Source of the DNA: Raillietiella orientalis
Taxonomy: Eukaryota
Length of the DNA: 64,000 nt
NCBI GenBank assembly: GCA_036172245.1
Contig: JAYWIR010000013.1
Span: forward strand, 2,852,001 to 2,916,000
Direction of reading: 5' to 3'
Shown here: one piece after another, positions 24,701 through 36,700 of the stretch
Numbering within the stretch: the first letter of the stretch is position 1
Layout of the letters: each line of letters starts with the position of its first letter
Position numbers and translations under genes: made by a program
Notes under the pieces: generated by a model
The model's database searches: none
What the model saw: only the letters and a program-made list of their open reading frames with translations
Told to the model about the DNA's origin: nothing

Positions 24701-26857
24701 GACTGCATCCGTGCTTCCGAGCGCTCAGAGCGTCCAAAGGCAAGGCGCATCATAAGAACGGATTGTATCCCTCAGCTGCCATGGAATGTAATCTTACAAA
24801 AGTGATTTTGCAACTTGCATTTTCTTCTTGTTTTTTTTTTTTTTTTTTTTTTTTGCGATGTTCTCTTTACATCTGCTAGTGACTCACAGAATGCAACTTT
24901 TAGCTTGAACGACGTGGTTTTTCGTTTCTGCAGACAAACATGGCCACCAATATAGTGGATTTTAATATGCACAACTTTGTTAATCTAGTCCGTTGCACGC
25001 ATGAAATTCAAAAATTATCCAACTGATGGAGCAAACTTACCTTCCACTAGCTCCCCGCAACTCAACAAACTCTATACCTTGCTTCCTTATACATATACAA
25101 TGCAATATGCAGTACATACCAATGTACAAACAAATATATAGCTTCCATGTACAATCCTTCCTCAGTGATTTCTAAAATTACTGACTGATTCTGAAACGCA
25201 TATATCATAGTTCAACTTCATTGCCAACAGTCATTCTGTTTCAAATTGTTTTCTTATGCGTCTCCCATTTTCTGTTTGCTGGCAGTGAGTGAACGTGGAC
25301 GGACTAAACTCGCAAAGAACATGAGATTCATTTTGGTGACTCGTGCTTTACACGTGTCGTTTACCTTTTTTTTAGAAAAAAAAAAAAAAAAATTCTTCTT
25401 CCCGAAAATTGTCGAAGATAATCTGATGGTGCAGTCAACGTTTTTTGTCTTGTCAACTGGATCTTTGTCATGTTCTTTCGCGATTTTAGTTTGGTAACTT
25501 TCATCTCTTCCTTTACCGACCCTTGCTTCTCCTCTAATTTCTCATCCAAGCAGAAGACGGCCACAGCGATGCGATCTCTTATTTAAATGATTATGCAAAG
25601 TTGGCACGATTTCTTAGCTCTTCTGCCTTTTCAGAGTGGCGCCATTTCGAGATAATGTTTTGACAAAGGTTGAGATCCTTCAAAGGAGCTGTCAGCATTG
25701 GAGTTTTGCTTTGGTAGGTTTTTTTTCATTTTATAAACCTAGAAAACATCCTGCTCTCTACTGAATTATTCCCGGAATCTATATCCACATTGAGATCTTT
25801 TGTCTACTTTCTTTGTGGGAGCACTTGTCGGGACCCAATTAAAAAGGACGTTTTTTCTCCTCCTTTTCCTGCTTTAATTTTTCATCAGGAGCACAAGGAA
25901 AGCATTTTCTTGAAATCCGTGCTTATAAAAAACGGAAAGCATGGGGGGATGGAAATATTTAAACGTAAGGGCTCGCGAATTCCTCCAAGCATGCCCAAAA
26001 TGCTATGCATCATACTTAAAATAAAAGGTAAATCAAAATGCAGGGGAAAAGCAATCACGATCTATTTGTCCCTTTGCTTATATTCGATTTTTTTTCGTCG
26101 CAAAATCTACTGCATTCATATTGGACCGAAAATCTCTGAAGAGATTTCTTCGCCGTACAGCATCTGCACGCAAGCACTTTGAAAGAATGTACCATGCAAA
26201 ATTAATCCAAATTAGCAATGCTGCCGTTGACAACTTGTATGCCATTCTTTAGATGCAATCTGCATAATGAGTCCAAGTAGAAGCTCGGGTTTCAGCTCGT
26301 TGCAAACCGAGTACGCTTACGTAGACAAAACGCTATGTACTAAGCTTCCATCTCAAATGCAAGCTTCTTTGATGGGAGCCAAACATCTTTGAGCATTCAA
26401 ACTTTCCAAAATTAGTCGGTCGGTTTCTTTCGGTGATTTGGTTTCCTAACAAACCAAGCACTCTTGCACAAAACTTTTTCAAAATCAATGAGACCAATTT
26501 AAAAACCTGTTATTCCTCTTAGAATTGAATTCACAATGGCAAGCACGAGTTGTATCTGTCGTTCTTCTAAAGTAAAGCTCTTTCGGCAAAATTCGTAAGC
26601 TTGCCAAAACACTCTCACCACCCAATGCTGCTTGAAATCAGTTTCTACGTTATCGCTAAGACCAAGGTATTGAATCAAAAGCAGTAAACTAAAAACAGAA
26701 AAGACTGAAATTACATCGAATTATGAGCACAGGGAAAATAGTCATGCAAATCTATTGGACATTTTTTTTTTTTTTTTTGCAAAGATTTCAAAATTAATTC
26801 GATCTTTACATTTATTCGTATACTTTAGCTATTCTGCATTTGTACTGATATTTAAAA

Positions 26858-26890
<33 letters not shown>

Positions 26891-27151
26891 AATCATCACA
26901 CTATAAACCTTAATTTTTGGTTTCGGAGTTTTTTTTTTTTTTTTAGGGGGGATGGGAGGGGAGGGGTTCTTGTTTTACCTTTCCTTGTCGTGAAAAGTCT
27001 TGCCACATTTCTGGAAACAGTCCTTCTCCAGCTGCTGTATCTGCTTTTCCGTGAGAACCGTGTAATTTGTCAGGATGTATTCGAATCCTATGGCTTCGGG
27101 GTTGTTCACTTCACGGCTCTCGCTTTTCTGAGTTTCGTTTGTGCCGCCCAT
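15791..27151 (-). CDS. Putative multi-exon gene of unknown function (partial model)
   Basis: Candidate first exon 27151-26979 (MGGTNETQ..FEYILTNYTVLTEKQIQQLEKDCFQKCGKTFHDKE, donor AG|GTAAAA) lies next to a CpG-rich promoter. Further AG/GT-bounded, protein-like segments: 21959-21503 (one frameshift near 21800), 21328-21228, 20864-20771 (poly-Glu), an exon ending at 19829, and 15996-15791. Phases are not all reconcilable and the 3' end is not found. Confidence 0.45.
17501..17524. repeat. (GT)n microsatellite
   Basis: Direct reading. Confidence 0.95.
24400..24640 (-). repeat. Dispersed repeat, copy A (inverted relative to 37560-37830)
   Basis: Its reverse complement shares TTGCACGAGAGAGCTGACTCCAGGCA exactly with copy B, plus collinear blocks GGATGAAAAA, GGTTTCCTCCACG and CGTCCTGCACGTT. 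Confidence 0.85.
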
Positions 27152-27159
27152 TGCCGATT

Positions 27160-27400
27160 TCCCTCTCTGCCGGAAAATTTCACGTCCGCCGCCACCTGCA
27201 GTTCCGAACCTTTTTGTGCGCGCGCGCGCGCTTCCCTCGCTTCGCGCTTGCATTGTTGCTCGGCTAAAAATGGCGCCCCGCGGTTGTCGCCCGGGCCAAC
27301 AATGCCGGCGTCAACAGCACGTCGCCACGGGAGACGGAGCCGCTCCGCAGAGCGGTCAACCGGAACGGAGCGAAAAGCGAACGTCCCGTAAAAGACCGGA
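27160..27400. promoter_or_regulatory. CpG-rich putative promoter with YY1-like motif
   Basis: Dense CpG including a (GC)n run, AAAATGGCG at 27267-27275, directly upstream of the candidate minus-strand first exon and bordered by AT-rich DNA. Confidence 0.45.
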
Positions 27401-27949
27401 AGACAATAGAAAAAAAAAAAAAAAAGTCTGGAAAGCGAAGCCAAAGAAAAACACCCACTTTTCCCTTTCTTTTCCCCTTCTTCCGAAATGCATGGGGAGA
27501 TGGTTTTCCCGTTCCCTTCTGGGGAATGGGGAAACGCGAGAAAAGGAGTTTGCAACAACAGCAGAAAAACTGCTTTTCGAAGGAAAGCAAAGCCGATTTA
27601 CAGAGCCATAGCGGTGTTCCTGTTTAGAAGAAGAACCGTTGCGTTTTTTATCATTTACCCCCCCCCCCCCCTCCCCAGGGAAGAATGCATCACAAATGGT
27701 CATCTACTTATGCAGTAGCCTTGGTGATACCTATATCTTGAAGCGATTTCCACAAACACATCTTTTTGTGGTTGCGAAGTCGATATGAACGCGTCGCTGC
27801 TCAATCCCTGCATCCGAGGTTATTGAAATGATTAAATAATAATAATAGTCATCATCATGAGGGGTGGATTCGGAAATGAAACCTGAAGCAAAGTTTTAAA
27901 ACCGGAGAGTTCCAGGAACCACTTCGAATCTGAGACCAGACCTGGTTTT

Positions 27950-28351
27950 AGAAAGGGAGGACCGAATAAGTGCGCTGGCCTTCTGCTGCCCACATGAAAA
28001 CGGCAAGGAGACCTTTCGGCACGACCAGAAGAATCAAAGAGGAGAAATATAGGGATATCGCGTTGCAGCTCGGACCTAGTGGGGGGATCGCATGCACCTT
28101 GGTACGCGCGATCCTCGTCGGTTCACTGGGAGCATGGGGTCCCGCAAATGAACCAGCAATCCAGTACTTGGGAACACCGAAGAGAAAGCTTGTGTATGGC
28201 TGAGACACCGGATGGAGGCCGCCTGCATCCGGTACTCAAGCAACTCGTCCATGCAACTCATGTGAAGAAGAAAGACGACAACCACCTCGATGATGATTTA
28301 GACAATGATCTCCGTCCGGAGGATCGAGAGCAAGACAGAGAAAGCCTGTGA
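27950..28351 (+). mobile_element. 3' fragment of a NeSL/Utopia-like (R2-group) non-LTR retrotransposon, restriction-like endonuclease domain
   Basis: Across frameshifts it reads CPHENG..F / RRIKEEKYRDIALQL..AILVGSLGAWGPANEPAIQYLG / LRHRMEAACIRYS, matching the PFENg..K..KY..VGxLGAWxPxNE..LG..M...IRxS signature of this clade. Confidence 0.75.
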
Positions 28352-30146
28352 GGAAAATGCCAACTGCTTAACACTGCGTCCAGAGGCTTTTGCATACAAG
28401 ATTTGCAATCACACAAGACGGACGATAAAGTTGATGTGGGCTGAAATGTGTTTTCCTCACTGCTGGGGCTCAGCGGGTGCATTCCTTCACCGGCGTCATC
28501 GACTCATTTCGTATGGCCCTGGCAGTGTCTCGAACCTTCAGGGCACCTTCAGCCACCTCATCTTTCGAGGAACCGATTTTTCACGTGAAAAGATTGAATC
28601 CGCGCGCTTCGGCGAAAATTTGACTGTGACGTCGTCACAAGAAGGAACGACCGCGACGTTTAGGGACGTCGAGAAGAGTCAGCACGCCCGCACATCAGAG
28701 AAAGTGCCTCTCTTCTTCTTCTGCTTGCCCTCCGGCCTGACCACAGAACGCGCAACAGAAGGACCGAGCTGCTCGCAAACGGAGGACATGCAATGTTCGT
28801 TCTGGTAGCTTAGAGGGGGTGACCAGAAGGGACTGAGGCACTTGGGTAGTTCCGAGGGCAGCGGTAGCAGCCAGTTTGATCGACGAGTGTCGAGGTCCCG
28901 GCCTGGAGGAGATTCGGGAAAGATCTCCCAGCTGGGGGAGCAGTCAGACTCTTTTGGACGTCCCCGTCCACGGAATGCTTTAGTGAAAGGCGAAAGGAAT
29001 ATGCGTTAGAATGGGGGACCTTGGTGGGACGCGGTCAGACTCTTGGCGGGAAGAGTGCATCACCGGTGCCTCCCGCCTGTTTGGTACCCTACAGAGCTGC
29101 AAGCGGAAATTTACGATATTTTTCCATTCCTCTTTGCTCTTTCCACAGAAAAAGCCTTTTCTACTAATGTTGCTCGGTAGCAAATTCTTTCAGTAATTAC
29201 ATTACGATTTTGATTTCACTGCCACTCCTAAACCACATATGTAACTTTTGTGCTCTTCGCTTTTGCTTTTGAGCTCGAACCGTCGTGTCTTCCTCAAGTT
29301 TCAAATCTACCATTGAAGCTGTTTCGACAGTTTGATTCGATATGAGCTCCCACTATCTAGTAGTGGAATTGATTTCTTATCCCGACATCCGATATGTAAG
29401 AGCTTCCCTTGCTTTACTTTCAATATACATTTTTTTCTTGTACCTTCCCAATTTCGGATATTCGAGGGTCGTTTCGAGATGGAGTCATAGTGAATAGGAC
29501 TTGTCATCTTGGACATGAAGATTTTCAGATGGAGGAAGATCAGTCAGAGAAAGGATGCGATGCATCAAAAATATTTTCGGATCGGTAACGAATAGATTTT
29601 CTTTTATCGATATCTTGCTTGCATTGCAAAGCGCGGAACTTGTTCGAAGCTAGGTCCTTTTGGTAGGTTGAAGTGTGCAAACAGAGGTCGGAACCCTGGA
29701 GGCCGGCATACCTCTCCAGGTCGCGACCAACAGGAGGGAAGATGCATTGCCAACGCTGAAGGCATGGCATAGCAAGGCAGAGTATGGGTGTCGGGATAGG
29801 TTTGTTTCGGGCAAACAAAAACCACCCAAGGAGAGATCATTCCAAGCTACGTAGAATTTTCAAATAGACCAAACCTGTAAGAAAACGTAAAAATAGGGGA
29901 AACGTAATGTAAATATGCGATTGTGGGGCAGACCATACTGCGTTTAAGAAGGCGGCGGATTAGCAGGCTGAGCCACAAAGTGAAAATGAAGCCACCATGA
30001 CCGTGAAATGGAGTGTGGAGGGTGAAAAGAAAACACATATAAATACGAGGATGTGAAAAATGTGGCTCGAAGGATGATTTCCACACTAAATCGGAAATGT
30101 GGCTCCTGAAATTCTACGCATAAATGCTTTAAAAACAGTCAAACTT

Positions 30147-30912
30147 TGGAAATCCTTCTTTTCTGTCTTTGCAGTTCTTCGACACGGTTCCACGCCACCC
30201 GATGGTGGGTAATTCTTCACGATAGGGGGTGCCCAGGGAAGGGATCTCCCTATGAATCCAGGAAGGGCTCGGAAAGCCGGGAAAGGGATCCCCCTGGAAA
30301 GGAGGGGGGGGATCAGACTTCCACCCTGGTTGTCTCCGAAGGGGAACCCTGAAGGGAATCTCCTTCCTCATTCTCTCCGGAGAACCCCCGGAGGATCCGC
30401 TCCATCCTTTCTTCTCTGAAGGGAGCCCGGAAAGATCCTGGAATTTCTTCTCCGGAGGGATCTCACGCAAAGGATCCGCTCCCGTTTACTCCTCTGAAGA
30501 GAACCCAGAAGGGACGCTTCCGAAATTCCGAAGGACGCAGCTTCCCCGAAGGGATCGACGACTCGCTTCTCTGCAGTCTCTGGAGAGGTGGTGGCGACAC
30601 ACCTACCCCATCAGTACGACGCGGAGGGGTCCTCCCTCGGAATGAGGAGTCCGCTCCTTTACAACCGGAGGGGAGCTCCCGCTCTGTGATTCCTGGTAGG
30701 ACCCGGAGGTCGACTCCCACTTGTCCCGGCCCTCATCGGGGACATCCGGTTTGAACCGCTACCAGTGCCGCACCCGAATGAACAGAGGCCGACCAGCGTC
30801 CTCTTGTGGGGTGAACTCGGGACCCACGACGCACTGCGTCGATTCCTTCGGAGTAATCGAACCCACGACGCTTGGTGCCACGCGCGGAGACCACCGTAGC
30901 CACACGGCCTCC
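30147..30912 (-). mobile_element. Long tRNA-headed SINE-like element, copy 1 (~770 bp)
   Basis: Minus-strand head GGAGGCCGTGTGGCTACGGTGG (A-box-like) and GGTTCGATTAC (B-box-like, 30853-30863). The 672-bp body 30147-30818 recurs at 42940-43611. Confidence 0.65.
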
Positions 30913-33797
30913 GACCTGGGCAAGAGTTTGCAGAGTTGAGAGATCGCAAACATTCCAAACAGATACTTTAATTCCTTTTTCTCCCATATTATTCTTCTAT
31001 TTTATTCATCGGTGCGATACTTCCAAAGGGAGAATGGTTTTAGGGAAACTTTGAGCAATCAAGAGATAGCTGCTTTCTAGGAGGGAGGGATTTAAAGATT
31101 TAAAAGAGCAGGATAATGTTCGTACGGATAAGTTATTTAGAGTTCTGACTCTTTTAGCAATGGCTAAAGTAAAATAGAAGAATACCTCTTCGCAAGAATG
31201 TGAAATCAAAAAAATTGTGCCTGTGTTTTAGTGAGATAAGTTTATAAGCCAGACCAACTTAAGGCTGTTCTGAAAGTAGCTATCATTCCATAAGAGACTA
31301 TGATACTCTACTATAGAACCTTCTGAAGCTTTCGAAACTGCAAAACTCTTTCAGTAACTCATATAATCTGAATGGAGAAATTTGAAAGTCAAAGAAGGAG
31401 AGCCCTCTCAATTGACAGTTTCAAGGAGAGTCCCTATTGTGCGGTGGGCATGAAGTAAAGGGCTGGAAAATTCCAAGGAACCTGGGCAGCTGAGAAACTC
31501 TTACTGAAGAATCGGAACGTTAGCATCCAAGTTCTTGCTTTCCAAGAGTGCTGATTCTTCTTGCACACCATCATTTCTCTTGTGCTCAGTACGAGATGCT
31601 GCAGTGATAAGCTTGAGCTTTCTTTATCAGGCCGCTGCCTCTGCATCGACCCATGCTGAGAGACTTGGAAATACGGATTCCAGTGGAATTCCTCTGCCTG
31701 TGGTAGTAATCCAGCCGGTATTTTCAATCATAGAGAGCTCAGATGAATAAGATATTTTTCCAAGGTGGATTCCTCGCTCTCTGTCAACTTCAGCCGGAAA
31801 AAAATTATCTCCCACAGGGCAAATACATTGTTCCATCGTAGCCAACTCAAAGGTCACTTTGCTCGGGTCGACGAGTCAAGTTCACAAAACGTGCACATCC
31901 GCATCATGAGAATCTCTTTCTAGACTCGGCATGTACAAGTTCAACAAAAAGTGCGTGTGCCTTTGCGGCGTTCAGTACAATGGACCAACACCGTGTACAT
32001 GGGTACCACGGATGATTAGGCACGCACTTATAGATATACACGTGCATGTGAACACAAATCAAGCACCTGCACGCCGCCTGTGCATTCAGAAATACTTTAA
32101 ACACACATTTTTCGAATTCATTGGGATCCACGTGTATGCTGCAGCAGCTTCAAGAGTCGGTCCCTGCCTCTTGCTTCTTCGATTCTTACCTTGTTCCTCT
32201 GCTTGGAAGAGCTGGAAACTCTGGTACAAAAAGGAAGGATTCCTTTTATACTACAAAGAGTCGTTTCAAGTCGTGCACATGAATGACCTCAAAATCTTTT
32301 CCGAAATCACGCCCAGCATCACTGCAAGAGCGCGCACATCTTTACTGACGTAATCGGAAGCAGGAAAAAATCTGTACCCAGTTGCAACGAGGATCGTGCA
32401 TGGTGTCCTTTATTGATTTCCTGCCGCAAGCAAGAAATCCAAGCGTATTTCCTGTAACCCTTGGTCCGATTTGTGGCTTGCATTGGAAGGACATGCGTTT
32501 GTGGGGTGCCCGCGCCAGGGGCGCCGTCTGAATGCAGCGATGCCTTCCTGAAGCCTCCCTGACTCTTTCAACGTGGAAAAAGTGCATCCACCGCAAGCAA
32601 TTCGTGGCTCCTCGCAGACATGAAAAGGAACTTGGTGGCTCCTGGATCGAAAACGTTCGAAAAGAATCCGTCGTTCAAATTCGTGAAATGTCCCCTCCGA
32701 AATGAGGAATCATCCCCCACCCCCTTCCTCCCCCTCCTTCCAGAATGGATAGCACCCGGGCAATATGCCGCGGTGCAGCGGCAGCGCCGACGCAGAACTC
32801 GCGTACCAAGGATGAGGAAGGAAGTCGGAAGAATCGCTAATTGACCACAAGGACGGCATCTCTGGCACGGTGTGAGATCACGCACCAAAGTGAAGATTAC
32901 TCCCACTCTTGCTGGGGTGTGGCTGCGCCTATAACCCGGGTAACAGCATATTGTTATTCTGATAAATGTTTCGCCTTTGAGAAGCTGATTTTCCTGTCAT
33001 GACTGCTGAGTTTGGAAAATTCCCACAGGGGTTGCTGCGCAGGAACGAGGACACTCCAACTTTCAGAATACTCCGAAATCAGGTAACCGGTTCCGCCAAC
33101 CACGTGCGCCTGACATAGAGGCGACCCCGTGCATCTTGTCCGAGGGACCGGGTATGGCGCCCGGGGGTTCTACCATGAAGGGAGGGAAGAAAAATTCGAA
33201 ATTTCACCGGATTTCCGGCGTAGGTAATTGCTTGGGTAATTAGTTGTTCAGTTGCCATTTGTTAGGAAATGACTGGACACCTCCTTCGAAGATTCGAAAT
33301 TCCATTCTCAGCATTCTTCTTCTTGACAGTGAGTTATTAAATGACTTGAAGAAGTCCGACCCGTGAAATCTCAAGCCGGAAATGGTGCTTTTCTGAGCTT
33401 TTTTTTTTTTTTTCTCTCTTTTTTGCCGCCCTCTGCGTGTTACGGATAAAACTCGGCGAGCAGTGCCCGAAAAGCGGATTTTGGCTCTCCGGAAGTCGCC
33501 TCAGACTCCGGTTCCCCCTCGAATGCGGTGTTCGTGTGCCTTTCCTACATGGACCCGCTCACCGGTGTTGCCCAGTCGTGTAACAAGTGTGTGTATGAGT
33601 CGAGGGAAGATCACGAACTGGTTGAGGCAAGGTCGTTTTCAGATGCATCCATGACATGAAAAGGAAGACTGCAACTCCTTCGTTGTAAACTCCACCCAAA
33701 AGCGTTCCGCCTCCTCTTAGAAGAAAACAGAAAAAGAGGGGGAAGGGGGAAGAAGAAAAAAAAAAAAAAGACCTCGAACCAACCTCCTTCCAAAACG

Positions 33798-36700
33798 ATG
33801 GCAGACGAATGCCTCGGTAAAACGGTCCAGCTGCATCCTCAACGAGGCGGCTCCCAAGTCGATCTCCAGATTTGCCCGGAATACTTGAAGGATTGCATCT
33901 CCGAAATGCGAAAAGATATGAAACTCCTGAAGGACCTCAAGGAAGAATACTCAGAAGTTCTGGAGAGCATCGGCAAAACGCCGCTTCCAGGGTCTCTCGG
34001 GTGCAACTCGGAGGTGAAGAAGGAATACGGTGCCCTCGAGAGCGGCAAGCCTAGTGATTCCAGTTCATCTCTAAAGGAAGACCTGGCCGATCCGAAAGAC
34101 CAGAATGCTGAAGCGTGTGCCATCGTCATCGAGCTGCAGCACTTCCGCAAGTCGCTTTCGAGGAGGGAAAGGATCTTGGAGTCCCTGAGGAAGAGGATGG
34201 AAGAGGAGCAGCGCGACCTCTTCGAAGAGCTGCAGCAGTGCCTCCTGGAGAACCAGAAGCTGAGCGAGAAGGCCGACGTGAATGACGTGGCCCTCCAGCG
34301 CACCAGAGAGGAACTAGAAAAGAGGAAGCATGTCGTCGACGGCCTGCGAGGTCGCCTGGAAAGAGACGGCGACGACACGGAGGAGCTGCTGAAAACGGTG
34401 CAGAAGCTGCGCCAGGAACGGGAAGAGAGGTTCTGCGAATACGACAGGCAGAACTCCAAGCTGGTGGAGATCGAGGCTCTCCTTCACGACAAGATGCGCA
34501 TCCTGGACGGGACGGAGAACAGCCTAGAGGAGGAGGTGGAGATCGCCTTGAAGAAGTCGGACGCGATGCAGGACGCCCTGCACTCGCTCTCTGTGGAGAG
34601 ATCTTGCATGGTCAGGGAGATCCAAGAGCTGCGCCAGTCCTCTAGGGAACTGTCAGAAGACCTCGGCAAGTGCATCAAATGCGACGTCTTGAAAAGGGAG
34701 CAAGCGGCGGAGCTGCTCCTCCAGATGACCTTCCTGAGGTACGAGAACGCCATGACCAACGAGAGGAACAAAAACCTCCAGGCTCGCCTGGAGACGCTGC
34801 TCAGGAAGGACCGGCAGCAGTCCAGGAGGGTCGAGGAGGTCGCGGCGCACTTCCCGAAGATGAGTGACTTGCTCTCGGCGGAGGCGGCTGAGCTCCGAAT
34901 CAGCATCGAGCGTGGTGAGGCGGACCTCTCGTGCCAGCGGATCCGCTCTGACATCCGGAAGCTGGAGGGGAGCATCCTAAGCGCGGAGAAGTCCCTGAGC
35001 GAGCAGAGAAAGCATCTCAAGCAGAGAGAGGAGGAGTCGAGGACGGTGATGGGCGTGGTGGAGAAGCAGGTTGCCAAGAGGCAGGACGAGCTACGCCTCC
35101 TGCGCGAGCGGATCTCCGGTGCCGAGAAAAGCATGGCAGAGGGGGAGGCGCTCATCTGTGAGGAGAGGGAGAACGTTGCGAGACTGGAGGAGGATCTCCC
35201 CCGGCTGCGCGAGGAACTCGAAAGGAAGCAGCTCGTCGTCCAGGACACCGGCCGCACGAAGGACTCGTGCGCTTACCACCTGCAGAGCCAGGTCGAGGAG
35301 TGCTGCGTCCTGCGGCGGGCCATCGAGTCCACCCGCTGCGAGGTCAAGCATGCCGAGGAGGCCGCCGACGAGAAGGATGAGGAGCGCAGGTGGGCCCAGC
35401 AGGACGTCTGCAAGCTGAAGGAGGAGATCGAGTCCGTGGCCAGGGAGGCGGACGAGGTCGCCTGCCGCCTCGAGGCGTCCATCTGCGAGGTGGAACGCTC
35501 GACGGTCAGGTGCTGCGAGCAGGAGGAGCACCTGCTCGGCGAGCTGCACAGGACCCGCTTCCGGACGGGAGAACTGAAGCAGGAGATGAAGGAGGCGGAG
35601 GAGAGTGAGAGGGACATCGAGCACTGCGTCCGGCAGCACCAGAAGGAGAAGGCCGAGGCGATGGAAGAGAAGGAGAAGACCTCGCGCCTCCTGGACAAGA
35701 TGAGAGTGGAGAACAGCTCCGCGGAAGCCATGAGCAAGGACAATTGCAGGAAGAAGGAAGCCATCAGGGACCTGCAGAACCAGATGGAGGCGGCCGCCAG
35801 GGAAAAGACGATCTTCGAAGCCGTGGCTGTGAAACTGGAGGATCAGGTGCGTCCCGGGGCTTCCGGGAACCCTGCGGGAGCTCCCCCCGCTCCCCATGAC
35901 TTTGCTCTCCGAAGCTCTCCCGGATCCAAAGTGGAGTCGTGGCCCTCCAGAGGAAGGTCAGGAAAGCGGAGCAAGCGGCCTCCAGGCAGAAGTGCGACGC
36001 GGAGGCTCTTGACAGGAGGCACGAAGCGGTGAGGCGGGAGGGGAAAGGGAGGGGGGACGCACGTCGGCGCGCGCGCGGCCCCTGACCTCTCCCTCGCCCT
36101 CAATTGAGCTCATTCAGCCCTTTCCCCCTTGCAGCTCAGGCGACGGATCGGCGACCTGGAAAGGACGGCCTGCGAGTTCGGCCGGCTAAACGACTCCCTC
36201 AGGAAACAGATAGCGGAGCAGGTCAAAGAGACGGAACGCCTCGAGGAAAAGCACCGACGGCTGTCGCAGGAAGAGCGACGACTCAGCGACGCTCTGCAGA
36301 GCCACGAGAGGAAGGACGGCTCCGTTTGCGACATGAGCCGGAGAGTGCGCGAACTGGAAGAGGAACTCGATGACGTAAGCACCGGGGCTGCTCTTCGCTT
36401 CCTCCCGAGTCTTTCCCGTCCTTCGCCACCTGTTATCCTCGCGTTTCGGACTCTGACGGACGGGCGGGCGCGGGTCGTCCGAAACAAGACAGCACGCGTG
36501 CCAGAGGACGGCGGCGTTCGGTCACGATGGCTTCGTTTGCGACATGAGCCGGAGAGTGACGTAGGCACCGCCCTCCGCCTGGCGCCCGCCGCCGCCGACG
36601 TGGCGGAGGGGTGGAACTTCCCTTTTTCCGATCTCCACGCAGAGGTAGCACCCGTCTTCCCAGGTTCTTCCCGTTCCAGCTGCCACCTTACCACGCGACC

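Noticed and set aside
30490..30540. Hammerhead-like CTGAAGA..GAAA inside the repeat element
   Set aside because: Stems II and III and the cleavage triplet do not fit the consensus.
30330..30555. CRISPR-like array interpretation of the ~40-bp periodic repeats
   Set aside because: Units are degenerate tandem repeats without an invariant repeat and unique spacers; eukaryotic context with no cas genes.
33839..35897. Long antisense ORFs over the coiled-coil exon
   Set aside because: Ser/Leu-rich shadows of a Glu/Lys-rich, GC3-biased sense frame.
35847..36032. C-terminal 61 aa of the 744-aa ORF
   Set aside because: Coiled-coil character stops at a GT donor (35847) and resumes in frame after the acceptor at 36134, so this is intron read-through.
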